Source: Tetramitus jugosus
Lineage: Eukaryota; Protista; Heterolobosea
NCBI GenBank assembly: GCA_937625935.1
Contig: OW569380.1
Location: 310,001-374,000, forward strand
Length of the DNA: 64,000 nucleotides
Direction: 5' to 3'
In this document: positions 33,392 through 45,447 of the stretch, piece by piece
Layout of the letters: each line of letters starts with the position of its first letter
How positions within the stretch are numbered: position 1 is the stretch's first letter
Program-made: the position numbers and the translations under genes
Notes under the pieces: model-generated
Seen by the model: only the letters and a program-made list of their open reading frames with translations
Databases searched by the model: none
Told to the model about the DNA's origin: nothing

Positions 33392-35888
33392 CTATCTCTG
33401 CAACACCAACTCCAACAACTTTGAAGCGACTGTTGTGATGGGAGGTGTTGATTCTTCTCTCGTTTCTCTTTCCTTGATCGTGTCCCGAACTTCATTATGA
33501 GCCGACAGATGATCCAACAACTCTGGGAGGGTCATTCTAAGTTCTCGGATTTGTTTTGATGAAAACAGGAGTGGTTCTTCAGTATCAAACAAAATTAGAT
33601 TGTGCATGAGTTGCAGCAATATTTCCATGAGCTCTAAATCAGAGTCTTCAATGATCTGCATGAGTTTACTTGCGATGGACTGAGCGTTTAACCTGAGTTT
33701 CACCCTCTGGAAATATCGGTATTGATTCGAAAGATTGATGAGAACTCCACAGCACGATTGAGCAATGTCAATATCATTGTGACCCAATAACTGAATCATC
33801 GTGTTGTCAATGGAATGATCAATCATCCAATCTTTGACAGAATCGTTTTGAGAAATATTGCCAAAACATCTAACAGTTTCATAAACAACATCCAGTTGCT
33901 CGTGTGTCAACAAAGAAGCGATAGATGTAGCTATTCTAATCATGTGCCCAATGAGAATAGAGTTTGGTTCCTGTGAGTGAAATGAGAAGTAACTGAGGTT
34001 GGTCAAACAACGAACAATGTTGAGCAGGAGTTCTTCGTTCTTTTTCGCATCCAACATTTCCAATATATCTACAAATAATACTACTTGCTGGTGTTGCGAG
34101 ATTAACTCAGCTTGGGCCAGGGCAATATTAGCGATCAATCTTGCAAGCTTCAACAATAAGTCGGCAGTTTCTGAGGGAGAGTTAGGTGATAAACTCCTAT
34201 GAGGTGCAACGACGGAATCATTCTTCTCATTCAGAGTCTGCACAATGAACGTTCTTGCATGAACATTTAGCAAATCCATTAATTGAACTACATATTCTTT
34301 TCTACCCATAATCCTCCTTGATTCGGGATGACTGTAGCTAATGTTGCCCAGAACAAACACTATCCGAATAATGATGGGTAAATGAGTTTTGTATCTTGAC
34401 AAGAGTTTAATCATTGAAAGAATCCCATTCTCTCCCAAGGACACAATGTTCTCTCTGCATGACTTATCCAAGGAGATTTTACTCAGAAATCGAAATGAGT
34501 TATGGATGACTTCGGTGTGTTTTTTCATCAATGGAATCAACTTCAATAGACTGTGGATAATATCTTCTTGTGCTATCAATTGAAAAACTGAAGTGGAGTT
34601 TGCCAAATTTCGAAGTGTTCCCATGATTTGGACGAGAATTTGTCCTTGTTTGTCAAAATCAAGAATCGATTCACTACTGTTGGAACTGTTCTTACTTTGT
34701 TCGATAGATTGTCTCAACATACTTGAGAATAGATAAAGAATGTTACCTCTTATTAGTACTTCTTGATTCTCAGACGAAGCAGAAGTAACATTCTTGAGGG
34801 TTGCCACAGTATATATTAGAATTTCATTCGATAGTTTGATCGACTGTTGGATGTTAAGAATCAGTAAGTCAACCAATAGAGTCAATACGTTTTCTGTATT
34901 GAAGAAACAATCGTTGCATTCAGATTTACTCAGCTTGTACAATAACTTCGTCGTACTGAGAAGGAACAACCCTTCAGGTTTTAACTGAAGAAGAAAACTG
35001 GTGTTAGAAAAATGATGAAAAATTGTTCCAAGTGATCCAATGCCATTTGCTTACCTTTAGTATAATAGAGCAAAGTTTGAAAACGAGTTCTGCTTGAGAA
35101 TGATCCATTAATTTACTAACTGACTGAAGAATGAGCCTTCTTCTACTCTCGTATTTACCAATAGAGCCCGAAGAGTCAATCGTAGTCGTGTTTAACAGTT
35201 TGTTAGGAGAAGATTGCAGTATCCAATCGTCCAACAGATTGAAAATAGAGTTAGCTGATTGCAATAGGTTCTCAACATTTCCATTCTGATTATTCATCGC
35301 TAAAGCGCCGAGATAACACGATATCTGATCCCATATTCTATCGCTTCCGTCTAGGTGATGAGTATTGTTGTGATTGAATAGGTCTCCAAGAACCCCTGTA
35401 GTCCTCTCGGATAACTCGAGCTCGTGGCCAGGAGAAGTTCCATTAATTTGTTTGGCGTCATCAATCATGGCCAATAAACGATTGGAACGAGCAGACATGG
35501 GCTGAATGTTTCGCCAACGAAGGTGTTAATCTGTGCTCGAACAAAGAAATCCCACAAGTCAGAATCACCCCAACTCGTGAATCAAGAAACATACCTTGTT
35601 GTACAGAGGTGCCAATTTCGCATCAAAATGAATACTATTGATAGAGTATGCACTCTGAGGTCTATTGATATACTCATTCTCCACAAACAATTTTCTATTG
35701 TCATCTCTGGGAGTAAATGGACGAGATGGATTTTGGATAGTGGCTCTTCTTGCTTCTTCGAGAATTGATTTAATAGACGAACTCTTCCTCTTGAGAGAGG
35801 TATACACATTCTCTTGATCCCCATTCGAAGTATCGTTCAGCTCTCTCGTTCCACAGGAAGTGAGTCTTCTGGTCTGAATCGTAGACAT
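33392..35888 (-). CDS. ARMC2: Armadillo repeat-containing protein 2 (ciliary radial-spoke transport adapter), 3 exons
   Basis: Introns 35502-35594 and 34985-35054 join three ORFs in frame. N-terminal PSRPFTPRD..RKLF...RPQSAYS motif; LLYKLSKSECND..F; LVQIMGTLRNLA; IRIVFVLGN; LLLKLARLIANIA; ETVRCFGNISQ; CGVLINL. Confidence 0.85.
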
Positions 35889-36070
35889 CTCAGCGTTTTT
35901 GCGTCGGATGAAAATTTGTTGTCCGATTAAGCTTGGCGCCTTTTCTAAATGCAATATTTGACTTCCATCAAATAATCGAACAGCCTTCTTCTTCAGTGGT
36001 GTAAAGATCTCTCTCTCTACCCGTACGAGTTGTTGTTTGAGGTGATCGCTCATTCAAACAGCATTGCCAA

Positions 36071-39000
36071 ATGAAGCGACTGAGAAGAAACAACGAGCAC
36101 AAAAAGAAGCAACAACCACTGCTCAACCACCACCATGGTGAGAACAACAATACAACAACAACAACAACACCACTCACAACACCAACGAACCGAAATAATC
36201 AAAAGACACAGTCACCACCAACAGTCTCTCAATCATTGTCATCTTTGTCATCTTTCATTGTAGAGATATCAGACGATGATGAACCACAACAACAACAACA
36301 AGAAAAGATGGACCATAATGACAGTGACAGTGACAGTAATGATGATGATATGGAGATGATGAGTGCCAGTACAAGTAGTATCATTGATCATGATGATGAC
36401 AAGAATGCAAGTAGTAGTGTAGATACAATCAGCAGCACTCAGTATAGTAGTAGTAGTAGTAGTGGTGGTAGTGACATTAGTAGTTTTGGTCATGGCAACA
36501 ACTTCAATCATCATCATCATCATATTCAGCATCATAAGAATCCATTTCTCCCAAAGAACAACAAGGCACCTCAAAAATCACTCATTTTCAAAAAGTTACC
36601 ATTGACTCTATCATCCTCTTCCACTAGCAAGACCAACAAGAGCAGTAATACTAATAGTACTGTGAATATGAGTAGTATACAATCATTTGGAAAAACAAGA
36701 ATGAAAACAACGAGACTCATTATTAAGAAACCGACTCATCAGAAACAACCACCACCACAACAACAAATACAACCACCACCACCACCACTAACAACAACAA
36801 CAACAACAATGACCACCATTACAAGAGTACCACTTCAACAACCTACTGCTGCATTATTCCTTTCACCACCACAACCACAACCACAGTTGCAACAACAACA
36901 ACAACCATTGCTACCACCACCACCACCAACAGCAGCAGCATCAGCAGTACAATATCCTTCCAAAACAGTACCACTAGCACCACTCTCTACGACAACAAAC
37001 AGAAGAATCCATCCTGGAATCATCCCATCAACAACAACAACAACAACAACAACCACTCACAATGACATTGAAAATGACAAAAACAATACAAATATAGGTC
37101 ATCATGTTTCTCATACTAAGTATACGAGCAAGAGTTTAGTCAACAAGAGTACTCATAGTAGTACTCATAGTAGTAATCATAGTAGTAATTATAGTAGTAC
37201 TGTTAGAGATGATGAACAAAACAAGAATCATTCAAGTACAACAAAGAAGCTGACTAATACAACCAACATCAACATGGATGACAATGATGACAATGATGAT
37301 GATGATGATGTTCATGTGATGAGAGCATCAAAGAAACAAAAAACAGAACAACATGATGTACATGCATCATTTATGAATGAATATCCATTTCATCACATTC
37401 AACAAAAGTATCACAGATTCAGAGTACAGTCCATTGAATCCTATTCACATGTCAAAGTATTGCACGTAGTTCATCCATTGGACTTTTCTACTAGCACTAC
37501 TACTGCTGCTAATACTACCACTACCACTACTACTGCTACTACGGCTACATCGAGTGATGGTGATGCATTACTACTATTACATGAACAACAACCATCACCA
37601 TCACCACCACCACCACCACCACCACCAGTGATAGTAGTGAAGCAAGTTCATTTAAAGAGAGAATGGAGAGATACAATTGTCAATATTGGTGATTATATTC
37701 ATGTCGTTGGATCATTTTCAACAACAACAGTCGTCAATCCAATCAATAATCCAATCCCTAATCCAATCAATACTACCAATATTACTCATAATAATAATAA
37801 TATTAATACTAATAATAAGAATAGTGAGATTATGATGATTGATTCAGTTCAATTTCCACATCACATGATTATTGTGAATCCTGATTACTTGTTGTCTGCT
37901 ACAACGATATCAGAGTCTAGCAAATGTTTGCGTGTTGCATTCTTTAGAGAATTGTACATGAATCAATACATGGGTCACTCTATTCTCATACCATCCACTA
38001 TCAATCATCATCACAATACCAACAATATTAACAATAATAATAGTAATAATAATAGTAGTGTTAGAGTAGTTGAGAAGCAACAACAAGAACAACAATTATT
38101 TACAAGTACCAATTATGCAGCATTGTTAGGTACGTTGAGTCATCAAGTGTTTCAAACCGCTGTTCACCAATACATGAATCTAGGCAATGAACAAGCATTC
38201 TCCAATGCTCATCTCACACAGTACAGCATGAGTGCAATCAGAGAACACTTGTTGCTTGTTCATTCATTGCACAGGAACGAGTATGATGTATTGATTGATC
38301 TCAAGCACTATTTTGCTAGCTTCAAGCAATTCAAGGACATGTTTATTGGTCTTGTTCCACAATCTGTGGGCACAACGACTGCTGCTGCTGCAGTTTCTGA
38401 TGCTTCTTCTTCTTCCAGTCTAGTCTCATGGAACAATCATCAGACATCACGAGTCAAAATGATGCATTGTCATGATTTGGAAGAAGTGATATGGAGTCCA
38501 ATGAACGGTCTCAAGGGAATCATTGACATGACTGTTCAAATACGCAACACAGCTGTTTCGAGTCACCACAATCCTCCATCCTCCATCTTTTACCAAAATT
38601 ATCATTATCAGAAGAATCATCAAACAAGTCCTAATAACAACAACAACGCTGCGAATCAATCCGAGTCTGTTGTAGACATGTGCATACCAATCGAGTTGAA
38701 ATCAGGAAGAATGAAACGATTGGATCACGAGGCTCAATTGCTTCTCTATCTTCAAATGTTGAGTGACAAGTATGGTATCAGCAATAACAGCACAGATGGT
38801 CGTACACAGTTGTTGTTCGATCGAGGTATGCTCTATTATTTTAAGAGCTCAAAACCATCTCAATCCAACAATAAGAACAATGCAGCGGCTGTTTCTACTA
38901 CGACTGTCAACCAAACAACAAATAGAAAGTATATGCCACGCACTCATTTCCATTTGAATGTCAATAACAACAACAACAATAGTAATAACAATAATAGTGA

Positions 39001-42000
39001 TGGAATCAGTGGGACAAACAACAGAGAACATGGGACAGTATTGGGAATAATGAGAAAACAAGAGCTTTTAAGACAATTAATTCGTAATAGAAACATGGTT
39101 GCTAGTTCATTGATGAATACTGTTGTGTTTGATTATAATCGAATGCAGAAGGAGTTGCACATTGAACAACAAAATGAAAAGAAGTTGTATCAAACATCTC
39201 TTCAGACACAAAGAGAAGGCTCTGGTGGTACCAAGAACCATGACACGAGTAGCATTGAGCTGTTCAGTAATAATGCATTTTCTTCTCAAAAACATAAACC
39301 ACAATTGTTGGTGAATCATGATGGTGATGATAGGGAAATGGAGAACTTGTATGGAGTGAGTCCTTTGAATGAGACTGCGAATGTCAATGATATTGAAGAG
39401 ACTCAGGATTTGTATTTTGATTTGATTCCGAAACCTCCTCCAATGAAAAGAGATGCCTATACTTGCAACTATTGCTATGAAAAGAGAAACTGTTTACTGT
39501 ATCATGCAGCTGTGGAGAGAGGCAATGAAGAGAGTTCTGGTATTCCAGCAATATTCAGATCAACTGTTGCAATGGATATGACTGATCGTCACAAGTCTTT
39601 CCTAGACAAATGGTTGAAGTTGTTAGATTTAGAGTCATTGGAAATGAATCACTTTCGAAAGGAAATTTGGACAATGACGGGTCCAGAGAGAGAATTACAT
39701 GGAAGGTGTGCCAGTTGTATGGTGCTTGTTTCATCTCCCAATGGTCACCAAGTAGAAATACATGCTCAATCATCAAAGCAACAACAACAAGATCAGAGTA
39801 GTTGTAGTAGTAGCAACGATCCAATGATTTATACATTTGAAAAGTATAAGCATGCTCCAGAATATGACCTCGAGCAATTACATATGACTGTGGGTGATTA
39901 TGTTACAATCAGTAGTGAAGAGGGTCATTTATCTCTGAGCAGTGGAACTATTATGGAAATCAACAGTCGTCGCATCGTAATTCGTGCAAAACGCATGGTT
40001 CGTATTCCTCGGCTCTCCAATCATCAAAGCTCTCACCCCATTGCTGCCAAGTATCCTGATCTCTATCGGATTGATATGGACGAATACGGTGGTCGTATGA
40101 ATCAACAAAGAGGATATTTGATGAGTTTATTCTCCAGTGTTATTCTCGATCACAATGAAGGAGGCGATACAAACAATAACCAATTGGGTCGACCAGTTTT
40201 GGCTCACAGGAGAATTGTGGAATTGATTGTGGATCTAAAGGAACCATTGTTCGATCGGATTGAGCCTCGACAATCATTTATCGATTCTCAACCTGCGTTT
40301 GAATCATTTACTCGCGCCCCATGGTGGGGAGATCGGTTAAATTCTGATCAACAGAATGCTATTCTTAATGTTCTAAGGGCCAATGATTATAGTCTAATAC
40401 TGGGAATGCCAGGTACGGGCAAGGTTTGTATGCGTGGCACTTGTTTTTATCTCCTTTACTTGTAAGCTCATGAGTGTACTGACTCTCACATCTATGCTCC
40501 ACACAATTCATTGAATGCAAAAGACTTCGACAATTGTTTACTTGTTGATGGTTCTAATCTCATTAGGGAAGACTGTGTTGTTAACATCTTATACGCACAC
40601 GGCTGTGGACAATATTCTGCTCAAGTGTGTCGAGATGGGACTGGGAAGTGAAATTGTGAGATTAGGAAAGAGTTCTTCTGTGAACACTCAACTCCATCCC
40701 TACGTGCTCAACAACATGGTATCGCCCACTCGTCACACACCAATCAACTCTGACACAATCGAATATGGGTCACGAGTCGATGAGTTGATTCTCAAGTTGG
40801 CAAACAAGAGGATTGTTGCTTGTACTTGTTTAGGAGTCAGTGAGATTGCACTACTCGGAGCTCAGTTCAATACAAAGAGATTTGATTATTGTATAATTGA
40901 CGAGGCGGGTCAAGTGACACAAACTGTGGCTCTCGGTCCCATTCTAGCCAGTGATAAGTTTGTTCTTGTTGGAGATCATCATCAATTAGAACCGTTGGTT
41001 GTGAATCATAAGGCACGAGCCATGGGAATGGGTGTATCTCTGTTTCAAAGACTATATCGAGTAGTTCAGAGCAGTGAATTGTGTAGGCCTTACATGAGTT
41101 ATCTGAGATACCAATATCGTATGAACAAACAAGTGTTGCAATTGTGCAACAAGATTGTGTATGATAACAAGCTCATGTGTGGAAATCAATTTGTGGCCAA
41201 TGCAGTTATGGATTATCCCAATTGGTCACGTACGGAAGCTCTGTACAGCAACAAAACATCAAACAATTGGTTGTTAAATCATGTTATCCATGCACAGAAG
41301 AGTGTTGTGTTTGTGAACACAGATCCACATGGTCAAGAGGACACTGTTGGATTCAAACTGGTGAACAAATTTGAACAAATTCTCATTGGTAGAATTGTGC
41401 AATTAATGATTAGTGAACTGGGTACAGATCCGTCGTCCATTGGTATTGTGACACCCTATCGTCTTCAGGTTTATCACCTAAAGAATATGTTGCAAGGAGT
41501 GGTCGGTTCATCCATTGCCAAACAGATTGAGGTCTACACAGTTGATCGATTTCAGGGCAAGGACAAGGAATGCATGATTATGAGCTTCGTGAGAAGTAAT
41601 AACGACAGGTTGGTTGATGATCTCGTCACAGACAAAAAGAGAATGAATGTTGCAATGACGAGAGCCAAAACGAAGTTCATCTGTGTGGGTAGTTACCGAA
41701 CACACAAAAAGTATGAGAATATTGGTCACTTTTTGCAGATCATGAAGCGCAAGCAATGGGTGATTGATATAGATGAATCCTTAGCGCTTGAAATTCGTGC
41801 AATGCATCCACTTCAACAACAGAAACCACAGAAGGACACGAATGATCACTGTGGTAATGATAATGAAGAACCAAAGCAAGAGATGAAAGAAGGACCAAGA
41901 ATGGTTTCAAAATCAGCGAAGAATGAGAGCAGCACAGTTCCATCCAATTTATCTAAGCTTGGGAGTAACTCTCCTGTTATTATCTCCACTCCTCCTCCAT

Positions 42001-42308
42001 CACAATCTATCCCGAATGAACAACAACAAGTGAAACAGCAAGGCAATAATGACACATGTACGGGATCAGCTGATATGATAACAGTCAAGCCATCAGCATC
42101 CAAGATTTTACAGCGCATGAACAAGAGAAACAGGGGAGAGTCGAGTACCACTGCAAACATTCCTTTCACGAATCATCAGCCATTGATTGTGAATCGACAT
42201 TCCAACAATCCATTTGCAAGATCTATCAACAACAGCAAATCCAATATTGTTCATACAGATGACACCAATAAGGATCACAAGAAGGACTTGTTTGACATCT
42301 TTAGTTAG
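36071..42308 (+). CDS. DNA2: DNA replication ATP-dependent helicase/nuclease DNA2, 2 exons
   Basis: Intron 40424-40523 (GTTTGT..AAG) reconstitutes Walker A GMPGTGK|TS. Nuclease motifs PDYLLSAT...CLR, LEEVIWSPMNGLKGIID, ELKSGR, HEAQLLLY; Fe-S Cys CNYC..C. Helicase motifs DEAGQ, VGDHHQL, QYRMN, TVDRFQGKDK, RMNVAMTRAK. Confidence 0.96.
36120..38060 (+). repeat. Dense in-frame trinucleotide microsatellites (ACA/CAA/CCA/AGT/AAT/GAT) in the DNA2 5' region
   Basis: Visible runs encoding poly-T, Q, P, S, N, D and H. Confidence 0.9.
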
Positions 42309-42472
42309 AACGACAGCCGTAAAGCAACATGTCACACCTCTCAGTCTCTTTCACAATATGGAACACTTCTTCGAAAAGTCCATCCCCAAATTATCCGCAA
42401 GGAATTTTTTGTGTGGTCACAAAAACCATTATCTTTCCAAACAACAATTGTATGTCACATGCTTTTCCCATC

Positions 42473-44062
42473 ATGAGCTCTTATTTCTCGCCATTTTTTT
42501 TGAGTGTCATCTTGTTTGCATCCATCTTGTTCTTGTCATTGGCTGTCCATGCTGTGCAATGTGACTCTCTTCTGACAAGTACTACTACTACTACTGCCAC
42601 CACTACTGCCACTATTTCCACTGCCACCACCAACAGTGACAATGATTACTTTTTGTGGAGTGATGAGAATGGACAGAGTTGGGTCTTCTTCTCTGGTGGT
42701 ACAAGTAAACCAGTGGATCTCTACTGGGTGTGCTACGCGGCAGAGGACAACATTGAACGTGTCGTCCAATGGATCACCAACTCTACAGCACACAACAGAG
42801 TGCCCTACATTCATTCCTATTGTTTCGGAGACAATGGATTGAGAGCACCGACTGCTACTTCCAACAGTTATGCATTGGCTGTGCAGTTTGACGAGTCGAT
42901 TGCAAAGGCCATTGGCAACAACTCGGATGCATTTGTCAATCTGGATACAGAGTGGGACGTGGATGAAGTACTGGGTCTCATGAGCAGCGCAGATGGTATT
43001 CAGTGCTTCAAGGATCGTATCCAACGATATCGTACGTATGCACGTCGAACCAGAGTTCTATCCTCGCCTGGTCTCTGGAAAACCGATTCACAGTACACAT
43101 TCTTCTCACAGATTGATCAATTGTTGGATCTGAGAGCCAACTTGTACCACGCCATTAGCAACAATGACACATGTACGTTGCGTACCGTAGATAACACCAA
43201 TTGGCCCAATGCTTACTCTCTGTCACAAGTGCTGTCACTGTGTCAGACCATTATTGGTGATCGACAGAGAATGAACTACTTGTGGAATGATTCCAACAAG
43301 CATTTCATTACGGGTGATATGGCATTGACCAAGTGTGGCTGGGGTGCACAGTATCAAGCCAAAATGATGAATCTATTGGTTGATAACATGCACTGTCTCT
43401 ATCACAACAAGTGGAGAGGAGCCATGTTCCGCAACTCTGCACCACCTAATCCCGATGAGAGAGCAGCTGGCAATTGGAACGAACTGGGATTCGTGTACAG
43501 TGACAACAATTATGCACGTGAAGCCATGAAGAAGGGTATGGAGAAGGCGTTGAACATGATGAAGAATGGAGTCAATTGTTCAGCGTCCAACGATCCATTC
43601 ACAGTCAAGTTCTCCATTGATCAATCCTCTTGCTCCAACACGTGGGCTCAATTGGCCATTACACCTGCGTATGAAGTGACTGGTGTGACGCTGTCGTACA
43701 AGACGATTACTCGACAAGTGTTGGAAAGAGCGTCCTGGGGTCCAGAGTACACTGGAGTTGTCAGCAGCATTGACACCAACAGTTTTGTTGTGGCCAATAT
43801 TACCAAATATTCAGGAGGATACTCTGTGATTCGCATCCAATGGTTGAACAGCACAGCCACTCAAGTATTGCTCGAGGATGTGGGCACACCTGCTGAGGAG
43901 GAGAATGTTGTTGCCACTTCTTCTTCTTCTGGGAGTGGTGGAGAATCCAGTTATCCAAACGGAGGGGACTCCAGTCAACCAAGTTCTGCTTCTTCCGTAC
44001 TCGGATCCTTGATGTCGATCCTGATGTTGGTTGTCATCGCAATTGCTTTTGGAACTGCATAA
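42473..44062 (+). CDS. Secreted, probably GPI-anchored putative glycoside hydrolase (TIM-barrel-like) with C-terminal beta-sandwich
   Basis: Signal peptide from ATG 42473 (MSSYFSPFFLSVILFASILFLSLAVHA), Thr-rich linker, alternating beta/alpha core with VNLDTEWD, KHFITGDMAL and WRGAMFR. Then a Trp-containing ~90-aa beta domain, a Ser/Gly spacer and a terminal hydrophobic tail. Confidence 0.7.
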   Translation: MSSYFSPFFLSVILFASILFLSLAVHAVQCDSLLTSTTTTTATTTATISTATTNSDNDYFLWSDENGQSWVFFSGGTSKPVDLYWVCYAAEDNIERVVQWITNSTAHNRVPYIHSYCFGDNGLRAPTATSNSYALAVQFDESIAKAIGNNSDAFVNLDTEWDVDEVLGLMSSADGIQCFKDRIQRYRTYARRTRVLSSPGLWKTDSQYTFFSQIDQLLDLRANLYHAISNNDTCTLRTVDNTNWPNAYSLSQVLSLCQTIIGDRQRMNYLWNDSNKHFITGDMALTKCGWGAQYQAKMMNLLVDNMHCLYHNKWRGAMFRNSAPPNPDERAAGNWNELGFVYSDNNYAREAMKKGMEKALNMMKNGVNCSASNDPFTVKFSIDQSSCSNTWAQLAITPAYEVTGVTLSYKTITRQVLERASWGPEYTGVVSSIDTNSFVVANITKYSGGYSVIRIQWLNSTATQVLLEDVGTPAEEENVVATSSSSGSGGESSYPNGGDSSQPSSASSVLGSLMSILMLVVIAIAFGTA

Positions 44063-44148
44063 TAAAGCACCCAATAGTTCAGAACGGAATACGGTGGTGA
44101 GACCACAGGGTTCTAATGGTGGCGAATATCGTCAATGGAGAGACAGGA

Positions 44149-45017
44149 CAGTATTGTTGATCCGGTAAATCCATGTCGGTTTTTTCCGAAACTTTCACTG
44201 AAAAAACTTTTCGAAGTGCCCTAAAAGTTTTCTGATGTTCCGATTGAGCCAAAAAGTTTTTCTCGAAAGTTTCATTCAACAAACACCCATCGCCAACAAG
44301 AGATGACCAGTCAAGACGAATTGGAGAAGCTCGCAGACTAGTTGAGAGAGCAACACGAGAACATGACAGATGAAAAACTGAGCGACAGAATGTAAAGGCG
44401 TATTTCATGAAGAAACTAAAGAGTACCACTGAAGGGGAGTACAAAGTTGCGTCAGTGCATGCCAAAGCAAATGATGAATATGTCAAAAGCCAGCAAGAGA
44501 TTCTCAAAAACTGGAACCATTGGAGAATTGGAAAGAAACTAAATTCTTGGAAGAGCTCATGCAGTATTCGTAATGGCTTTTGCCTGTCATGCCAATATCG
44601 ACATGTTTTTTGCAGGGAGCTCATGGCGCACCAAGGTGGGTGAAGCCAACATAGAACTTACCAAACCTAGCAAGCAATTATTTTGTGACATCATGATGAA
44701 TCACCTAATCGACCAAACACCCATACACACTGAGAAAAATAATATCCAATTTTGAATATAGTTGTTGTGTTTCGGTCTTCCAAGCTTCTTGAGGGAGGCA
44801 CCATCACATGCGACCTTACTGAATGAACGTAACAATGAATATTGTTGTATGATGTTGATATCATTCGTTGATTTATTCGTGCACCATTTTCATAAATTCT
44901 TCCCTTGGATGAAAGTCTTAGGATTTTTTGTTGGTAACTTTCATTGAAAGTTTGAACGAATTTTTGGAAAGTTTAGCGCCAAGCGATCGACATGGATTTA
45001 CCGGATCAACAATATTG
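44149..45017. repeat. ~870-bp segment bounded by 30-bp inverted repeats (possible non-autonomous element or inversion relic)
   Basis: 44149-44178 cagtattgttgatccggtaaatccatgtcg is the reverse complement of 44988-45017 with 1 mismatch. A second inner pair, 44189-44203 and 44939-44953, also has 1 mismatch. Confidence 0.75.
44303..44643 (+). pseudogene. Decayed coding-like fragment inside the inverted repeats
   Basis: Reads MTSQDELEKLAD*LREQHENMTDEKLSDRM* and continues in another frame (MKKLKSTTEGEYKVA...). Protein-like composition broken by stops and a frameshift. Confidence 0.35.
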
Positions 45018-45340
45018 AAAAAATTTCATCCAACTGTCGCATGTGCAGTTGTCTCGTGATGCACAAAAATATGGTGATTTGTCCGATTGATTTTTTATTG
45101 TAACCCCTCGAAAAGGAGTTGGTTGTATGTGATGGGAGCAAAATATGGTAGTAAAACATCTGGGAATAATAGGAGCTTGATATTTGTGACAAGATCTATG
45201 TCATTGGGCTGAATGATGTTGATGATGTTTCACTTCAATTGGACATGTTATACTCGTCAAGGAATACCAATCAAGATGTATTCTCGGTCCTAGAACGTTG
45301 GGTCTGAACTGAAGTTAGCTTTCGTCTACCAGTGCAGCAC

Positions 45341-45347
45341 TATAAAA
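45341..45347 (+). promoter_or_regulatory. Candidate TATA box
   Basis: TATAAAA about 105 nt upstream of the ATG at 45448; the gene also has AATAAA at ~46303. Confidence 0.4.
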
Positions 45348-45447
45348 TGTGGAGCCTTTAGCCCTGATTCCCATCCCAAACCAACCCAAACCATAATCCA
45401 TACTACATACCATAATAACTGATTTCTAGTAACGAATACCAAGTAAC

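Noticed and set aside
44303-44400. In-frame TAG/TAA in a protein-like stretch as evidence of stop-codon reassignment
   Set aside because: Conserved genes in the window end at TAA, TAG or TGA and have no internal stops, so the standard code holds; decay is the simpler explanation.
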